A stretch of 64,000 nt of DNA, taken from the sequence record PQ227241.1. One strand, given 5' to 3'. The notes below the pieces were generated by a model. It worked only from the letters and a program-made list of their open reading frames with translations. It searched no databases and was not told where the DNA came from. The translations under genes were made by a program, and so were the position numbers. Positions 1 to 12,196 of the stretch are shown in pieces. How positions within the stretch are numbered: position 1 is the first letter of the stretch; each line of letters opens with the position of its first letter.

Positions 1-1
1 T

Positions 2-2844
<2,843 letters not shown>

Positions 2845-2851
2845 ATATACT

Positions 2852-2880
2852 GCCCCCTAGGAATCACCTAGGGGGCTTTA
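2852..2880 (+). terminator. Intrinsic terminator
   Basis: gccccctagg-aatca-cctagggggc then ttta. Confidence 0.8.
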
Positions 2881-2983
2881 TAACGTCTTTTAACACATTA
2901 TCCATATGAGACTATACTTTACAATTGCCGTTCAATACGGCTTTATTATGGCACATTAAAATAAGTACCTTAAAGGGCAGTGT

Positions 2984-5137
2984 ATGGACGTTATACTTTT
3001 CAATAGTGATTGGGATAAATACTACAGCGCTAGTGTTGATCTTACTACTAAAAATAAATCTTTTATAAAGTTAGCCTTGACTTATAAAAAGATGGGTATT
3101 AAAAATTACAAATTTATACTAGCTATATTGGACCAAGGTTTAATTGGGGTGGATCCATATGACCCTAATCTTAGCGAAGAAATGAAGTTCCGTATTAACA
3201 TGGAATGCAAATATAATCCTTGGTATTTTTTTAGGGAAGTGGCAAGAATCCCCCCTAACTCGGGTAATAACCCAATTCCATTCCAAGCTAACCGTGGTAA
3301 TATTGCTTTATTCTGGTGTTATTTCAATCACGTAGATTTTGGTTTATTACAGCCTCGTCAGACAGGTAAGTCCGTATCAACTGACGTGCTCAATACAGGC
3401 ATGATGTATATCTGGGGTGAGAACACTAAGATTAACCTTATTACTAAAGATAACAAACTACGCAATGCTAACATCGAGCGTCTAAAAGTAATGCGTGATT
3501 TGTTACCAGAGTATATCCACTATACTGATCCATTAGATGCGGATAACTCCGAATTGATGACATGTATTAGATTAGGTAATAGGTATCTAACAGCTGTTGG
3601 TCGAAATGATGTTAACGCAGCTGATAAATTAGGTCGTGGTCTTACAGTACCAAATATGCACTTTGACGAACTTGCATATATTAATTTAATTGGTGTTTCA
3701 CTACCTGTTGCACTTGCGTCAGGTTCAGCAGCTCGTGATGAAGCTCGCCGTGAGAACCAGCCTTATGGTAACATCTATACAACTACAGCTGGTAACATCA
3801 CTACCCGTGATGGTGAATTTGCATATCACTTCTTAACAGGTGGCTGCCCATGGTCAGAGGAATTCTTTGATCTACCAGATCAGAAAACTCTACATCGTGT
3901 TGTAGAAAAAGGCACTACTGGAAAGAAACCTCTAGTTTATGGTGCATTTAACCACCGTCAATTAGGACGTACCGATGAGTGGTTATATAACACACTTCGT
4001 GAATCAGGTTCATTCGGTGAAATTGCCGATAGGGACTTCTTCAATATTTGGACAGTTGGTGGTGAAGGTTCACCCTTATCATCAGATGAGAAAGATAAAC
4101 TTAAAAACAATATGCGTGAGCCAAGCTGGACAGAAATCACGGATGATGGTTATACACTTCGTTGGTATATACCAAAAGATGAAGTAGCCTCACGGATGAT
4201 GAAGGGTAGGTTCGTTATGGGTACCGACCCATCTGAACTTCTTGGTGAAGATAATGACGCCACTGGCACAGTTGTAGTTGACGTAGAAACACATGAGGTT
4301 ATGTGTGTTGGTAGATACAATGAATCATCAGTGCCATCAATGGGTAATTTCTTTGCAACAATGCTATTGAGATATCCTAATATTCTTTGGATACCAGAAC
4401 GTAAATCAATAGGTATATCGTTAATTGACCATGTTATCTTGATTCTACATACTAAAGGAGTAGATCCATTCCGGCGTATCTTTAACAGAATTGTCAATGA
4501 ATCATCAGAAAGAGAAAATGATTTCAGAGACATTCAGACTCCGCTATCAGCAAGACAACCATCGTTCTATGATAGGTTTAAACGTTATTTTGGTTATGCA
4601 ACGTCAGGTACTGGTGAGTATTCTCGTGATAATCTATTTAAGGTGGCATTACCATCAGCAATGCATTATGGGGTAAGGACCATCTATGATAAACCACTTA
4701 GCACGGAGTTATTAGCACTTACTATCCGTAATGGTAGAATTGACCATGCTAAGGGGAACCATGACGACTTAGTGGTATCATTATTATTAGCCCACTGGTT
4801 ATTAATACAAGGTAAGAATTTATCTTATTATGGTATCAATGTTCCCATCTTAGGTAAATCAAAATTACGTGATAAAGAACCAAGTCAACTTGAAAAATAT
4901 CATGAAGAGAAAGAACAGCAAGGTCGCAAAGAATTTGAAGAGATAATTGAGCAGCTTCGCGGTGAAAAGAACCCGATGATTGCAGCTAAATTAGAAATGC
5001 GTTTGAAACAATTGTCTAAACGTGTTAATATTGATGATAGCAGTGGTGTAGGTATTGATGCCATGTTAAATCAAGCTCGTGCAGAGCGTACACGTAGAGT
5101 GCGTATTAACAGATATTCTAGAAATAGTTGGTATTAA
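2984..5137 (+). CDS. terL: Terminase large subunit
   Basis: 717 aa; Walker A QPRQTGKS, Walker B MHFDE, nuclease motifs MGTDPSE and HDDLVVS. Confidence 0.92.
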   Translation: MDVILFNSDWDKYYSASVDLTTKNKSFIKLALTYKKMGIKNYKFILAILDQGLIGVDPYDPNLSEEMKFRINMECKYNPWYFFREVARIPPNSGNNPIPFQANRGNIALFWCYFNHVDFGLLQPRQTGKSVSTDVLNTGMMYIWGENTKINLITKDNKLRNANIERLKVMRDLLPEYIHYTDPLDADNSELMTCIRLGNRYLTAVGRNDVNAADKLGRGLTVPNMHFDELAYINLIGVSLPVALASGSAARDEARRENQPYGNIYTTTAGNITTRDGEFAYHFLTGGCPWSEEFFDLPDQKTLHRVVEKGTTGKKPLVYGAFNHRQLGRTDEWLYNTLRESGSFGEIADRDFFNIWTVGGEGSPLSSDEKDKLKNNMREPSWTEITDDGYTLRWYIPKDEVASRMMKGRFVMGTDPSELLGEDNDATGTVVVDVETHEVMCVGRYNESSVPSMGNFFATMLLRYPNILWIPERKSIGISLIDHVILILHTKGVDPFRRIFNRIVNESSERENDFRDIQTPLSARQPSFYDRFKRYFGYATSGTGEYSRDNLFKVALPSAMHYGVRTIYDKPLSTELLALTIRNGRIDHAKGNHDDLVVSLLLAHWLLIQGKNLSYYGINVPILGKSKLRDKEPSQLEKYHEEKEQQGRKEFEEIIEQLRGEKNPMIAAKLEMRLKQLSKRVNIDDSSGVGIDAMLNQARAERTRRVRINRYSRNSWY

Positions 5138-5158
5138 ACAAAAAAAATAATAATACGT

Positions 5159-5183
5159 TACCCTCTTCGCAATGAAGAGGGTA
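5159..5183. terminator. Bidirectional terminator at convergent junction
   Basis: taccctcttc-gcaat-gaagagggta with A-run upstream (U-tract on minus strand). Confidence 0.8.
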
Positions 5184-5190
5184 TTTGAAG

Positions 5191-5457
5191 TTAAGCAACT
5201 CTAGCGAACAAAAGATTACTGGAGTTAGAATTAATATGATAGTTAGACGATCCGTCAATCCATTTAGCATCGGAAAGCTTGTTTACAAGCTGACCATTGC
5301 CAATGTAACCAAGGAACATCTTACCATCGTATACAGCAACTTTGATTTGCTCATTTCGCCCATAGACGATCGGCTTACCATTGAATGCTGTTACCTCTAG
5401 ACCAGTCAAGTACCCGTGGTGGGGATCTGGTCTGGAACTTGTTTCAAAGACTTTCAT
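5191..5457 (-). CDS. Hypothetical protein (88 aa)
   Basis: Start moved to ATG 5457 (MKVFETSS) behind AGGAG RBS. Confidence 0.65.
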   Translation of the reverse strand: MKVFETSSRPDPHHGYLTGLEVTAFNGKPIVYGRNEQIKVAVYDGKMFLGYIGNGQLVNKLSDAKWIDGSSNYHINSNSSNLLFARVA

Positions 5458-5519
5458 TAGGAGTCTCCTCTGCAAGTGGGCCCATTTGGGCAAAAAGTCA
5501 AGCTTAAACTTGACGACAT
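5457..5519 (-). CDS. Possible 20-aa leader peptide
   Basis: MSSSLSLTFCPNGPTCRGDS; GGAGGG RBS; TAATG overlap with next start. Confidence 0.3.
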   Translation of the reverse strand: MSSSLSLTFCPNGPTCRGDS

Positions 5520-5710
5520 ATAGCCCTCCTGGTTGCACAGGAGGGCTAATCTTTTCAGAACGTACGGTGTTGTTATAATACTGCTAGTGAAAATGCCCAC
5601 GAGGGGTAAGTAGCTAATCCGCAGTTCTCTTGGACGACACCTGCTGACAGTGTAGTCGCGAATGCACTGTTTGGAACCCCATTGGTTTAGCGGCCAATGG
5701 GGATTTCCTT

Positions 5711-6148
5711 TTATGCCGCTTCGGACTTCTGTTTAACAGGTTTCTTGTACTTCCACTTGTACAGTTGGTGCAGGATGAAACTCGGAAGACCCAGTGCCAG
5801 TACACCAGCGACGGCTGTACCGACAATCTCTTGGAGAGTGATTGCATTGAACTCGGTGCCGAAAACAACCTGAGTAATGATAATGATCATCAAACCGATC
5901 AGAGTGGTGATCCATAGACGTGGATGCAAGGAACGACTCAGACGAAGCCCTGGAGCAGAAACGCGTTCCATCCGAGTAGACCAGGTGTGGTTACGGTAGT
6001 ACATCATGTCAGTGAAGTAATCACTGTAGATGTGCAGCAGTTCTCCACGTTGATCACCGGTACCATGAGCCAAGCCATGGTAGTAGTAAATACCACCATC
6101 TTCTTTGTGGGTGTAAAGTTCAGCGTTGTCTTTGGTATACATCGACAT
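5711..6148 (-). CDS. Hypothetical membrane protein
   Basis: Two hydrophobic C-terminal helices, basic tail. Confidence 0.7.
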   Translation of the reverse strand: MSMYTKDNAELYTHKEDGGIYYYHGLAHGTGDQRGELLHIYSDYFTDMMYYRNHTWSTRMERVSAPGLRLSRSLHPRLWITTLIGLMIIIITQVVFGTEFNAITLQEIVGTAVAGVLALGLPSFILHQLYKWKYKKPVKQKSEAA

Positions 6149-6153
6149 TTTTA

Positions 6154-6420
6154 TTACTCCGGCATTCCAGTGTGCACAAGAGAATTGAAACGAACATCGA
6201 ACGTATCGTACATATCCGATGTTAGTTCCTCGAAGACTGGACTATCCATGAAGGCTTCCAGTGCGCGGCGAGCTGCAAGACGCTTATCACCTTCACCATT
6301 AGCTCCGGGATAAACCGAATTACCCTCGCCAGGCTTGGCAAAGCCGTCAAAGATATGCGACTCGCCTTCACGGTCAGTCACAGTTGCTTTAACGGAATAA
6401 CCCATGTAACGGAGTCCCAT
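6154..6420 (-). CDS. Hypothetical protein
   Basis: Tightly packed ORF in minus operon. Confidence 0.65.
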   Translation of the reverse strand: MGLRYMGYSVKATVTDREGESHIFDGFAKPGEGNSVYPGANGEGDKRLAARRALEAFMDSPVFEELTSDMYDTFDVRFNSLVHTGMPE

Positions 6421-6662
6421 TATTCATCCCATCCTTTTACTTCGTACCAGAGACAGGCACTATTGTATTCAACAATGTAACCGTCTTTACGGAGGATTTC
6501 CGCTTGACGATTATTCATCTTCCCTTCAACTGGCGTGTTCTCGTTGCTGTAATCGAAGTTTACCTCTGAATCACCAGCGAGCGCCCGTTGCTTAATTTTA
6601 GCATGGATTGATTCCATACCAGCTTCTTTATAAAGAAGTTCACGCAGCTCTTGTAATGTCAT
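6420..6662 (-). CDS. Hypothetical protein
   Basis: Start/stop overlaps with both neighbours. Confidence 0.7.
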   Translation of the reverse strand: MTLQELRELLYKEAGMESIHAKIKQRALAGDSEVNFDYSNENTPVEGKMNNRQAEILRKDGYIVEYNSACLWYEVKGWDE

Positions 6663-6868
6663 GTAACTACTCCTACAATAAAGACTCGACTGATTTCATT
6701 GAGATAAGCGAGCACTAGAAGAATACCTGTCCAGATAGCGATATTCAGTGTAGTACGCTTCTCTTCCAATCCAGGATTAGTGGAATTAACTATTCGATGA
6801 CAGAAAGCACCGAATAAACCAAGACCCATCGCCACGAAGATGATGGTGAACCAACCAAGGTAGATCAT
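6659..6868 (-). CDS. Small 2-TM membrane protein (paralog of 9347-9565)
   Basis: MIYLGWFTIIFV...LAYLNEISRV shared with 9347-9565. Confidence 0.75.
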   Translation of the reverse strand: MIYLGWFTIIFVAMGLGLFGAFCHRIVNSTNPGLEEKRTTLNIAIWTGILLVLAYLNEISRVFIVGVVT

Positions 6869-7419
6869 TGCTGTTGCACCGGGGTAAGTTGTTTGAGGGC
6901 ATTGATGATACGGTGAACAGTATCACGTGCCAACTCGCGATTGTGGAAGTTATTGGAAATCTGATACTGAAGCTCTACTTCGCCCGTTTCCGAGTTCCGA
7001 TCGAAATCTTTTACAGTGTAACTGCTATCCAAGATAGCTTCCACCATTTCGTCGTTAAGTTTGAACTCGGCAATCGTTGGCGAAACTAAACGCCCCTGGA
7101 GATTTCTGATGACCTCGTTACGGAACGCGATGGCGCCTTCTGCAATCTCCAGTCGTTCTTCAACAGAGATGAACGGGTTCTTCCAGAGTTCGGTTTCCAT
7201 TGTAGGGCGAACAGAAGCTTTCTCCCATGCAATGCACCAGTAGAACCAACGTTCTTGAATTTCTTCGTTGGCTTTATCGAATGCTGTTATCGCGTTTTTA
7301 TTACGGTGACAATCCAGAGGATGAGTAGCCTTCGGAAGCCAGGTGTCAGTCTTCTCACAGTAAACGAAACGATCAACACCAGGGGTCACTGCTTGGAATT
7401 CCTTCAATTTTTTGTCCAT
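6865..7419 (-). CDS. Hypothetical protein
   Basis: 184 aa, ATGA overlap. Confidence 0.7.
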   Translation of the reverse strand: MDKKLKEFQAVTPGVDRFVYCEKTDTWLPKATHPLDCHRNKNAITAFDKANEEIQERWFYWCIAWEKASVRPTMETELWKNPFISVEERLEIAEGAIAFRNEVIRNLQGRLVSPTIAEFKLNDEMVEAILDSSYTVKDFDRNSETGEVELQYQISNNFHNRELARDTVHRIINALKQLTPVQQQ

Positions 7420-7426
7420 GATGACC

Positions 7427-7762
7427 TCAGATATTTACCATGTTCATAAATTCGGTGTAGTTGTAGCCGGTATTCATATCGAGGTAGTCTTGTTCGACCA
7501 TGTCGTCATTCAGGTACTTGACGTAAGCCTCGGCGTGAGCAGTGGCTACCGACTTGGTGAAGAAGTAACGAGCGTGTTGACGGTTCTGTTCGAACCGACG
7601 CAGATTAGTAGTGGCCTGACCGCCGAAACCATTGACCTCCATTACCCCGTAAACAGTACGATCATCCAGAGTAGTGATCTGTGCAATCACTACACGAGAA
7701 GCATTTTCCGAATGGTCGATGAACGTCATACTGTAAATCTCGATTTCTTTGAAGTCTTCCAT
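7427..7762 (-). CDS. Hypothetical protein
   Basis: 111 aa, AGGA RBS. Confidence 0.7.
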   Translation of the reverse strand: MEDFKEIEIYSMTFIDHSENASRVVIAQITTLDDRTVYGVMEVNGFGGQATTNLRRFEQNRQHARYFFTKSVATAHAEAYVKYLNDDMVEQDYLDMNTGYNYTEFMNMVNI

Positions 7763-7793
7763 TAGAATTTCCTGTTAAGAAATGAATAGACAA

Positions 7794-7813
7794 CCCCTAC
7801 CCGAAGGGAGGGG
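7794..7813 (-). terminator. Intrinsic terminator
   Basis: cccctacccgaagggagggg, imperfect stem with UUCG-type loop on minus strand. Confidence 0.6.
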
Positions 7814-7908
7814 CCTTATATCGTTACTTGCTGTGAAGATTTTTCTCGCGTACAGCGTCTGTTAACTGACGTGGCGGGTTGAGTTGATCTGACAGGAGCT
7901 TCCGGAGG

Positions 7909-8166
7909 TTATCCAGACCGATTACTTTCTTCTTGGATATTGAGATTATTCTCTTTAAGTAATTTGTTGAGGTGGTATTTAACCTCCACCCATTCTAACC
8001 TACCCACGTCAATCCACTTCCGATAACCAGGAGCAGCAGGTTTGAGGACCTGGGTTTTCCAGCGCTGAAATCGGAAGTTGCCGACACGGATATCGGTGCT
8101 CTCAACAAAGCGAGGTGGGAGTATACCGAGGTCAGTCAGTATCCCTCGTAGCTTGTCAGAGTTCAT
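7909..8166 (-). CDS. Hypothetical protein
   Basis: 85 aa, overlaps upstream stop. Confidence 0.6.
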   Translation of the reverse strand: MNSDKLRGILTDLGILPPRFVESTDIRVGNFRFQRWKTQVLKPAAPGYRKWIDVGRLEWVEVKYHLNKLLKENNLNIQEESNRSG

Positions 8167-8306
8167 CAGTAAGAACGCCTTGAGTTTCGAACACCGAAAT
8201 GATCGATCATTCGTTGGAACAACTTGCCAAACGAGAACTTTTCATACTCGCAGTCGATATGGAGGACATCAACGGTGTCCACCGGTGGATTATAACTACT
8301 GCTCAT
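8166..8306 (-). CDS. Small hypothetical protein (46 aa)
   Basis: Start moved to ATG 8306 (MSSSYNPP) behind AAGGAG. Confidence 0.5.
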   Translation of the reverse strand: MSSSYNPPVDTVDVLHIDCEYEKFSFGKLFQRMIDHFGVRNSRRSY

Positions 8307-8634
8307 TGGCCATCTCCTTACGTTTGTTTTTGGCCCAGTTCTTTTCATAATCGGAACGGATGAACTTAGCGCCGGCGGCATTTAGCCAGTAACGCTCCCC
8401 TTTGAAATAACGTTCTCGTTTAGCACGGGTCAAGCGAAGAGGATCGAACATATCTTGTTCCTGACACATGAATCGATTACGCAAGAAGCAGTTATCATTC
8501 AGGATTCGAACCGAGTACAGTTGACCAAGCCGGCAGTTAGCCAACTCAGCTTTCTCGGTACGTAGCCGAGTTTCGTATTTCTTTGCATCTTCGTGATGAT
8601 TGCGAGGATGTTTCTTTCCAAGTTTCCTAGACAT
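8296..8634 (-). CDS. Basic hypothetical protein
   Basis: 112 aa, K/R-rich, AGGA RBS. Confidence 0.7.
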   Translation of the reverse strand: MSRKLGKKHPRNHHEDAKKYETRLRTEKAELANCRLGQLYSVRILNDNCFLRNRFMCQEQDMFDPLRLTRAKRERYFKGERYWLNAAGAKFIRSDYEKNWAKNKRKEMANEQ

Positions 8635-8645
8635 TATGTTTTTTC

Positions 8646-8951
8646 CTATTCTGTTGTTTTACGAAAAATCTTATCATGGAACGTCATTGCCAACACGACG
8701 CCTATCGAACCACCTAGACCGCTGGATATGATAGCAGGAAGACCCACTATTACAAATAGTCCAATGGTGGTCAACTCAAGGGTACTGATACCCCATGAGG
8801 TGAAGAAAGCAGCTTTTTTGTACCCATGAAAGATGTTTCTTTGTTGAAAGGTTTTTACAAAGGCATAGATGAATGATGTAGCTGTACTTAACAGTAGTAA
8901 TATCCAGATAGGTAGATCATGATTAATGTTAATCACTTCTCTTGTTCCCAC
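8646..8951 (-). CDS. Small multi-pass membrane protein
   Basis: About three hydrophobic helices, GLGGSIG motif; start uncertain. Confidence 0.65.
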   Translation of the reverse strand: MGTREVININHDLPIWILLLLSTATSFIYAFVKTFQQRNIFHGYKKAAFFTSWGISTLELTTIGLFVIVGLPAIISSGLGGSIGVVLAMTFHDKIFRKTTE

Positions 8952-9001
8952 ACGGTGGGCTCACATTTAGTATGTTGGACATTATGAATATCTTCCAGTT
9001 G

Positions 9002-9289
9002 TTAGATATTGTGTTCCTTCGTATCGATGGCCGCCAGCGCCACGATTTCGACATGATAAGGATGATCCACATTATGGCTGATACATGCCTCGCATTTGAA
9101 GATACGCCACATTCCATACGAAGGTAGTTCACGGTTTTTCAAATAAGCATAATCGTGAGCGGCCGCAAGATATTTTTGTTGGATGGAAAACTCACAAGTA
9201 ATGTAACCTTTCTCACGAATGAATTCATTGGTCATCTGATCGAAGATCTGTTTGAGTTCATCAGTAAGGGCGACTTGAGTTTCGAACAT
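9002..9289 (-). CDS. Hypothetical protein
   Basis: 95 aa, AAGGA RBS. Confidence 0.7.
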   Translation of the reverse strand: MFETQVALTDELKQIFDQMTNEFIREKGYITCEFSIQQKYLAAAHDYAYLKNRELPSYGMWRIFKCEACISHNVDHPYHVEIVALAAIDTKEHNI

Positions 9290-9346
9290 TGAAAGTTTCC
9301 TTTTGATATATTAAATAGTTTTGATTATTTCGGAGTTATTGAATAT

Positions 9347-9565
9347 TTAGGTTACCATCTGCTCTATATAAACTCGGCTGATTTCATTTAAGTAAGCGAG
9401 TGCCAATAGAATACCAGCCCAAATAACAATTTTTCGAGTAGTCTGTTTTTCTATTACACCTGGGTGTGATTCACGAATACTACGGTGACAAAATACATAA
9501 AACAGACACAGACTCATTGTAACAAAGATAATGGTAAACCATCCCAGATAGATCATTTTCTTCAC
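9347..9565 (-). CDS. Small 2-TM membrane protein (paralog of 6659-6868)
   Basis: Same N- and C-terminal motifs as 6659-6868. Confidence 0.75.
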   Translation of the reverse strand: MKKMIYLGWFTIIFVTMSLCLFYVFCHRSIRESHPGVIEKQTTRKIVIWAGILLALAYLNEISRVYIEQMVT

Positions 9566-9585
9566 CTATTTTTTATAAATAGAGT

Positions 9586-9915
9586 TTATAGTTTAGTTAG
9601 GCGGATGATTTCTTCTAAAGCTGCATCAACTTGATAATACGGCCATGAATCAACACGAGGTTCGTTATCAAAGTATGTCCAAAGTTGAATACCTTGGAGT
9701 TTATTGTAGAATACATTGATTCTGATTCCTTCATGGCCAACAAGACCTTCAATGTAAGCTGCACCATGCACATACGTAACATGTAGTGCGTACTCGCTAT
9801 CTTCACCAATGTATTGTATAGGTCTGGAGTAGATGAAGGAATAAGGATTAAATGGATCAGCCTGAGTGATATGTTCGAAGAATTCTTTCAAACTAGATTT
9901 TTTCATATTGGACAT
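9586..9915 (-). CDS. Hypothetical protein
   Basis: 109 aa, GAGGA RBS. Confidence 0.7.
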   Translation of the reverse strand: MSNMKKSSLKEFFEHITQADPFNPYSFIYSRPIQYIGEDSEYALHVTYVHGAAYIEGLVGHEGIRINVFYNKLQGIQLWTYFDNEPRVDSWPYYQVDAALEEIIRLTKL

Positions 9916-9977
9916 TATATTTTCCTCATGATTTATTAAGTATACCTCCTAGAAGATAGACTTAATACTATTCGATG

Positions 9978-10370
9978 TTATTTTAAGACACCTGCCTTGT
10001 AACCTTTAACAACAGTTCTAGCTTCTAATGCACTGATTTCGCCAATGTGTTTACGCAGTGCTTTAATAGCGTTGATGGTAGGTTCATTATCCGCGATATG
10101 TCGCCAGTTTCCCTTACCCTTAATGAGTTCAACATCCTGGACATATAGACCATCTTTAACTAGATCCATTGTTTCTACCAACTTTTCGACTTCTTTAGTT
10201 AGATGCGTATGAAGACTGGCGAGGGACATGTCAGTCATTTGATGCACATCATAGAGAAAATCCCTATTATCAGAAGACGATAAAATTTCTTTGGTGAGTT
10301 TATTTACAGTGTCAATGTTTGCTGCAATTGAAACTAGCAGTGCGGCATATTTCTCTGCATTATAATTCAT
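9978..10370 (-). CDS. Protein with ribosomal bL12 (L7/L12) C-terminal-like motif
   Basis: C-terminal TINAIKALRKHIGEISALEARTVV resembles bL12 CTD KIxVIKxVRxxTGLGLKEAKxLVE. Confidence 0.45.
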   Translation of the reverse strand: MNYNAEKYAALLVSIAANIDTVNKLTKEILSSSDNRDFLYDVHQMTDMSLASLHTHLTKEVEKLVETMDLVKDGLYVQDVELIKGKGNWRHIADNEPTINAIKALRKHIGEISALEARTVVKGYKAGVLK

Positions 10371-10398
10371 TAATACGTATTCCTATTTAAAATTGGAT

Positions 10399-10542
10399 TT
10401 AGTGTAATGCGGTAATACTGCGAATATCTAATTCATGTAAATCATATTTCTTTAGGAACTCATTCACCGCTTGCTGAATGGTGTACCCACTCGGAGATTC
10501 CCACTGAGTACCATTAAAAGCAATAATACGATAACCTACCAT
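10399..10542 (-). CDS. Small hypothetical protein (47 aa, not in ORF track)
   Basis: MVGYRIIAFNGTQWESPSGYTIQQAVNEFLKKYDLHELDIRSITALH; GAGGA RBS. Confidence 0.65.
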   Translation of the reverse strand: MVGYRIIAFNGTQWESPSGYTIQQAVNEFLKKYDLHELDIRSITALH

Positions 10543-10570
10543 TTTTTATTCCTCTAATCACAAAATAAAT

Positions 10571-10588
10571 ACCCTCCCGAAGGAGGGT
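10571..10588 (-). terminator. Intrinsic terminator (UUCG)
   Basis: accctcc-cgaa-ggagggt, U-tract on minus strand. Confidence 0.8.
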
Positions 10589-10598
10589 ATTTATATCG

Positions 10599-11078
10599 TT
10601 ACCAATTGATTACAGCGACAAACTCAAATACCCGACACAATTCTTTATCACGATGGGCATGATGAAAAGATTTACCTTCAATACCGCAATACGGATAAAA
10701 CAATTTTCGGTGTTCCGTGTCGCCGAACCAGAAGGTGGTGTTATTGGAATCAACCACACCATGGATAGCCACATCACGAATGTACTGAAATACATGAACT
10801 GCCTTATCAGTGATCACTCGAAGTTCTACACCGTGTTCCTTCATCATAGCCAGGATGTCTTCCTTGGTGTAATCTGCTTGTTCAGCATTGGTCATGATCT
10901 TGTGAGTCAGAGAACGCTTTTCCTTGTCACCGAAACAGATACAGACCAATTGCACCAACTGACCTTCTACCTTGAGACCACTGGTCGGTTTTAGTAGAAC
11001 GAACTCATCATATTTGTAATCATTGGTGACAATCAGTGCCGACTTATTGCGAGTGACAATGCCTAGGTTATACGACAT
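10599..11078 (-). CDS. Hypothetical protein
   Basis: 159 aa, GAGGA RBS. Confidence 0.7.
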   Translation of the reverse strand: MSYNLGIVTRNKSALIVTNDYKYDEFVLLKPTSGLKVEGQLVQLVCICFGDKEKRSLTHKIMTNAEQADYTKEDILAMMKEHGVELRVITDKAVHVFQYIRDVAIHGVVDSNNTTFWFGDTEHRKLFYPYCGIEGKSFHHAHRDKELCRVFEFVAVINW

Positions 11079-11090
11079 AATTAATCTTCC

Positions 11091-12092
11091 TCATTTTAGA
11101 ATATGTTGAACCTTGTGGATGTCTTCCAGGCTATGACCAAGACCAGTGGCTTTGTAAGAATGTTCCTGATCAACACGCTTGTGATATGCAAGCAGTGCAT
11201 CTACTGGATGTTCAGCGAAGAAGTATTCAGTGTTGTTGCAGTCCCAAGCGAACTCCCATTCACCATCACGAATCTCTATTTTGTTAGCACTGAGGTAAGT
11301 GATATTGATGGTATTTACAGTGGCATTACCACCAATGAGGTAGTACGATCCTTCATTGCTACGAACATCGATCCTGCCGCCATCGATAGTATCCTGATAG
11401 TAGAAACCACGGTCGAAGAATAACTTCAGCATCGAAGTGAAGTAGCTGTTCAATACAGCTTGAGCATCTTTCTCTTCGACCACCCATTTTCCATCAACGA
11501 TGTTATTCAGGTAATTACGATCATGATTGATCCCGACATTATCCACGATGTCAGCGTAGTTCTTATGGAACTTAGCAATCTCGTACAAACGTTCCAGAGC
11601 AGCAAAACGGAAAGGGCTGGTGGGATGCAGAGCCAGAATGATCCGACCTACGCTCCACAAACCGGTCCCGTTGACCTCGTAACTTTCTTCGAGGTAACCT
11701 TTGATACCACAGTTAACTTCAAGTTCATCTGCTGGGAAACCGGTGCGGAGCCGCCTACGGATAGCCAATAGTACCGATTCGGATTCTTCCGGATCGAACA
11801 GGTCTATGCCGAAAGTAATCCAGCTACCACGTACTTTGTGCTGGTATGCCAGGCGTACAGTATCACCGAATGGAGAAATGAACCAGCGTTCGTCTTCCGA
11901 TACGACCAAATGGCAACCACATTGCCACAGGGTACTTAGAGGATCGTTAGAGGCGAGAATGCGCTTGGTGTCGTTCATATCCGACGAAGTAGCATCTGGA
12001 CTGCCATGTAGGTGTGTCAGAATAAACAGAAGCGATGATTCTGTAGTTTGAGCACTCAACATTGCGCGAGTGATGGTTGCATTGATGATCAT
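11091..12092 (-). CDS. Hypothetical protein
   Basis: 333 aa, AAGGA RBS; no motif recognised. Confidence 0.75.
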   Translation of the reverse strand: MIINATITRAMLSAQTTESSLLFILTHLHGSPDATSSDMNDTKRILASNDPLSTLWQCGCHLVVSEDERWFISPFGDTVRLAYQHKVRGSWITFGIDLFDPEESESVLLAIRRRLRTGFPADELEVNCGIKGYLEESYEVNGTGLWSVGRIILALHPTSPFRFAALERLYEIAKFHKNYADIVDNVGINHDRNYLNNIVDGKWVVEEKDAQAVLNSYFTSMLKLFFDRGFYYQDTIDGGRIDVRSNEGSYYLIGGNATVNTINITYLSANKIEIRDGEWEFAWDCNNTEYFFAEHPVDALLAYHKRVDQEHSYKATGLGHSLEDIHKVQHILK

Positions 12093-12163
12093 GAGATATC
12101 TTCCTTTTTACAGTTTATGAATATATTGCTAAATAAAAAAATATTACGATGTAGAAAATAAAA

Positions 12164-12181
12164 GGGAGTCCGAAGACTCCC
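12164..12181 (-). terminator. Intrinsic terminator (UUCG)
   Basis: gggagtc-cgaa-gactccc, U-tract on minus strand. Confidence 0.8.
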
Positions 12182-12196
12182 ATTATTGCGTGTAAT

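Noticed and set aside
7825-7960. Possible frameshift extension of 7909-8166 (alternate frame ISKKKVIGLDNLRKLL...)
   Set aside because: No start codon and no canonical slippery site; could be chance or an indel and cannot be supported
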